DNA of 64,000 nucleotides from Escherichia coli (GTDB lineage Bacteria; Pseudomonadota; Gammaproteobacteria; Enterobacterales; Enterobacteriaceae): NCBI RefSeq assembly GCF_003991155.1, contig NZ_CP031293.1; one strand, 5' to 3'. Shown piece by piece: positions 61,063 to 64,000 of this stretch (position 1 is its first letter; each line of letters starts with the position of its first letter). The notes under the pieces were generated by a model. It saw only the letters and a program-made list of their open reading frames with translations, ran no database searches and was not told where the DNA came from. The position numbers and the translations under genes were made by a program.

Positions 61063-62565
61063 ATGAATATCAGAAAACTGTTTTGTCCGGGCAACACCCC
61101 CCGGATTTTATTGTTTTTATTCTTTTTTGTTGTTTCTGCAATAACCACAATTGCATGCGGATACACTGAGAAGAATGCAACAGGAAATGTGCTGCTTCTG
61201 TTTCTCCTTCTGCTCCTTGCATACAGAAATACCCTCACATCCATTACAGCGCTGTTATTTCTGTTCTGTTGTGCACTGTATGCGCCTGCCGGTATGACGT
61301 ACGGTAAAATCAACAACAGTTTTATTGTCGCGTTGTTGCAGACCACAACTGATGAGGCAGCGGAGTTTACCGGGATGATTCCTGTTTATCATTTTCTGGT
61401 CAGTGCCGCGATTCTGGTATTCATGGTGATTTTCTGGCGAACACACCACCGCGGTCACCGTAACTGGCTGGCACTGCTGCTGTTCGTATTATGCTCAGTA
61501 AACAGCTGGCCGTTGCGGATGGTTAAAGGAACTGTTGTGGGGACAACTGACACATTGCGTGAAATGCAACATTATAAACAACTGAGTCAGCACGGGGCTG
61601 ACAACTGGAAAATCCTGCCGGGAACACCGTTATATGACACAATTGTTATTGTCACTGGTGAGAGTGTGCGCAGGGATTATATGTCGGTATATGGCTATCC
61701 CGTGCCAACCACGCCGTGGCTGAATACAGCTCCCGGTTTATTTATTGACGGCTATACATCGGCAGCAGCCAGTACCGTACCTTCCCTGAGCCGGACACTG
61801 ATTTATGACTATGAGCAGAACCCTGACTCCGGCAACAACATGGTGGCGCTGGCAGCAAAAGCAGGATACAGCACATGGTGGATATCCAATCAGGGAAAGC
61901 TGGGGGAGCATGATACACGCATCTCTGTTATTGCTTCTGATGCGGAGCATACCGTTTTCCTCAAGAAAGGCAGCTTTGCTTCCCGTAAAACGGATGACAT
62001 GTTGTTGTTACAGGAAACAGAACGTGCACTGGCGGATAAATCCTCTCCGAAGGTGATATTCCTGCACATGATGGGGTCTCATCCGAACCCGTGTGACCGG
62101 CTTCACTCCTGGCCGAATCATTACCTGGAGCAGTATCCCCGAAAGGTTGCCTGTTACCTCGCCAGCATCAGTAAACTGGATAACTTTCTCGGTCAGCTTG
62201 ATGGTATCCTTCGCCGGCATTCCCGTCATTTCGTCATGCTTTACTTTTCTGACCATGGGCTGTCGGTCAGCGACAGTGCTAATCCTGTTCATCATGATGG
62301 TCATGTGCAGGGAGGCTACAGCGTTCCCCTGATTATTACCGCCAGTGACATCACGTCTCATCAGTCCGTCAGCAGAAAAATCAGTGCCCGTCATTTCGCA
62401 GGTATTTTTCAGTGGCTGACCGGCATTCGTACTGAAAATATACCGCCATTCAATCTACTGACAGACGAAGATAATGAACCCATTATGGTTTTTAACGGAG
62501 AGAGGAATGTACCGGCAGACAGTCTGAAACCGCAGCCTCTGATTCTTCCGGTCAAGGGAAAATAA
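61063..62565 (+). CDS. Inner-membrane sulfatase-family protein (phosphoethanolamine-transferase-like)
   Basis: 500 aa with N-terminal multi-span membrane region and C-terminal sulfatase-like catalytic domain (TGESVRRDY ... HMMGSHPNPCDRL). Confidence 0.6.
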   Translation: MNIRKLFCPGNTPRILLFLFFFVVSAITTIACGYTEKNATGNVLLLFLLLLLAYRNTLTSITALLFLFCCALYAPAGMTYGKINNSFIVALLQTTTDEAAEFTGMIPVYHFLVSAAILVFMVIFWRTHHRGHRNWLALLLFVLCSVNSWPLRMVKGTVVGTTDTLREMQHYKQLSQHGADNWKILPGTPLYDTIVIVTGESVRRDYMSVYGYPVPTTPWLNTAPGLFIDGYTSAAASTVPSLSRTLIYDYEQNPDSGNNMVALAAKAGYSTWWISNQGKLGEHDTRISVIASDAEHTVFLKKGSFASRKTDDMLLLQETERALADKSSPKVIFLHMMGSHPNPCDRLHSWPNHYLEQYPRKVACYLASISKLDNFLGQLDGILRRHSRHFVMLYFSDHGLSVSDSANPVHHDGHVQGGYSVPLIITASDITSHQSVSRKISARHFAGIFQWLTGIRTENIPPFNLLTDEDNEPIMVFNGERNVPADSLKPQPLILPVKGK

Positions 62566-62924
62566 GCGTAATGTTCATCACCAGATTATGTACGATGAGT
62601 TTTCCACTGTTTATAGCAATTATCTTGCTAATAACCAGACAGGAGTAACCAGACCAACCGAAAACACCGGGGAGGTGATTACCCGCTGGCAGAGGAAATC
62701 CGGTTTTTTTTGATGTCAGCCATAACGTGTTTGACAATAAAACATTATGAAAGGGTGTTAATGAGTCCATGGGATAATTCATAAAAATAATTTATTGTGT
62801 TATCCTTTTCAAAAGAAATATTCAGAAGATAACCCCTGGCTGACAACCAGGGGAAGGGGACATTAACAGTGTTATTATTGGTGGATAAATTATTACTTGT
62901 GTGCAGGATACACTAATGCAATAT

Positions 62925-63998
62925 CTACTGATACTGTATGCCAGTATGTTTCATGCCTGCCGCTGAAAACGGCAATATCCAGGGCCAGACATATTCACCA
63001 TTCATATTTCTGCATTTCTGTACAATTTTCTCAGAAAGCGTCTCATCAATTCTTTCACGCAACTTCTCCTGCTGTCTTAAAATACTTTCGCATATTTCGA
63101 AATCATCTTCCTGCATCAGCATTTCGGCGCATTTAATGATTTCTGCCCGTTCATGCAGCACAGAGGAATGATTATAGAGCCAGTTTACAAACAGCAATGC
63201 TTCCGGATATTGCCCCCATAACGGGTGGTATGTGGCATAATAATCTTCGGCAGTATCCGGACCGCCTGAAAAGTTATGCCATACAGCAAGTGGAAATGGA
63301 TGCAGATTTCCGCACAGTATTTCTGCGATGTAAGTATTTGCCGCAAAGCCGCGACGAAATGCAGTTGCAGCTTTTACCAGTTCCCCATTAAGAAAATGCA
63401 GAAGGCCGAGTTCATACCAGTAAGGTGAAAATTCATCTGCATGTTCCTGCAGTATATGGCGTGCCTGTTCATGAGCGCCAGTGCGTAACAGTTCCGGTCC
63501 CAGTAGCCAGCGTGCACCATGATTATCTTCGGGATTGTAATCCAGTATTTTTTCAATGAGCATGATGGCATCCTGATGACGCCGTAAATGTGCATTTGCC
63601 AGGATTGCCGCATAGAGGGCACGAAGAAAAGGTCGGTTGTCAGGATGTATCCAGATGATTCTGCCACTGAAACCTTCAGGGATAAGACGATTGCCAACTG
63701 CCAGTCCTTTAAGGGCAGCATTCAGCGCCTTACGCGGGGCATTCTGCTCCAGAAATACGTATGCCAAGTGAGCGTGTACATCAATAAAGTCATTCTCCTG
63801 TCGGGCAAGGCGCCTGAGTTTGTTGATGTAACTTGTTTCGCTGATTTCATCCGCATCGTATGCATCAATCAGTTCTTCAAACTCATCCAGCAACGAGCCA
63901 AACCAGGTTTCCGGAAATATGAAACAGCCCTGGTTATCGTTCACTTCAAAGCGTAATTTGCCAGTCATATTCTGAACCTGTAAAAAAGGATGGACCAT
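62925..63998 (-). CDS. Hypothetical protein (at least 357 aa), helical-repeat-like; start near or beyond the window edge
   Basis: ORF on the minus strand with ATG at 63998, 2 bp from the window end, so upstream extension or a ribosome-binding site cannot be checked; alternative ATG at 63968. No family recognised. Confidence 0.4.
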   Translation of the reverse strand: MVHPFLQVQNMTGKLRFEVNDNQGCFIFPETWFGSLLDEFEELIDAYDADEISETSYINKLRRLARQENDFIDVHAHLAYVFLEQNAPRKALNAALKGLAVGNRLIPEGFSGRIIWIHPDNRPFLRALYAAILANAHLRRHQDAIMLIEKILDYNPEDNHGARWLLGPELLRTGAHEQARHILQEHADEFSPYWYELGLLHFLNGELVKAATAFRRGFAANTYIAEILCGNLHPFPLAVWHNFSGGPDTAEDYYATYHPLWGQYPEALLFVNWLYNHSSVLHERAEIIKCAEMLMQEDDFEICESILRQQEKLRERIDETLSEKIVQKCRNMNGEYVWPWILPFSAAGMKHTGIQYQ

Positions 63999-64000
63999 AA

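Overview
This window reads as a mosaic, horizontally acquired island of an Escherichia-type chromosome, built from fitness and virulence modules separated by IS debris. All calls rest on reading the supplied ORF translations and the DNA by eye; no database search or alignment was run. In order: (1) a degraded P4-like integrative-element remnant (YfjI/DUF3987-like gene, AlpA-family regulator, YagK/YfjJ-like gene, two tandem zinc-ribbon paralogs); (2) a deoxyribose utilisation operon, deoQ/deoKPX; (3) a LacI-regulated ascorbate-family PTS IIA-IIB-IIC operon; (4) a complete contact-dependent growth inhibition locus, cdiB-cdiA-cdiI, with a 3288-aa CdiA whose C-terminal toxin after the VENN motif I cannot assign to a family; (5) IS4- and IS3-family fragments; (6) a yjhBC (nanXY)-like sialic-acid-derivative transporter/oxidoreductase pair behind a NanR-type GGTATA operator; (7) two degenerate orphan cdiA-CT modules, one with an intact orphan immunity gene; (8) the phosphoglycerate transport system pgtP/pgtCBA; (9) a complete IS66-family element with 8-bp target duplications inserted into an ISL3-like remnant; (10) a complete P-fimbrial operon papIBAHCDJKEFG with the papI-papB phase-variation region and a downstream papX-like MarR regulator; (11) an Hra/Hek/Tia-family outer-membrane adhesin gene, a sulfatase-family membrane protein and hypothetical genes. 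The best candidates for something undescribed are the CDI toxin/immunity pair and the orphan toxin modules, followed by the zinc-ribbon pair and several small hypothetical genes. No tRNA, rRNA or CRISPR array was recognised.
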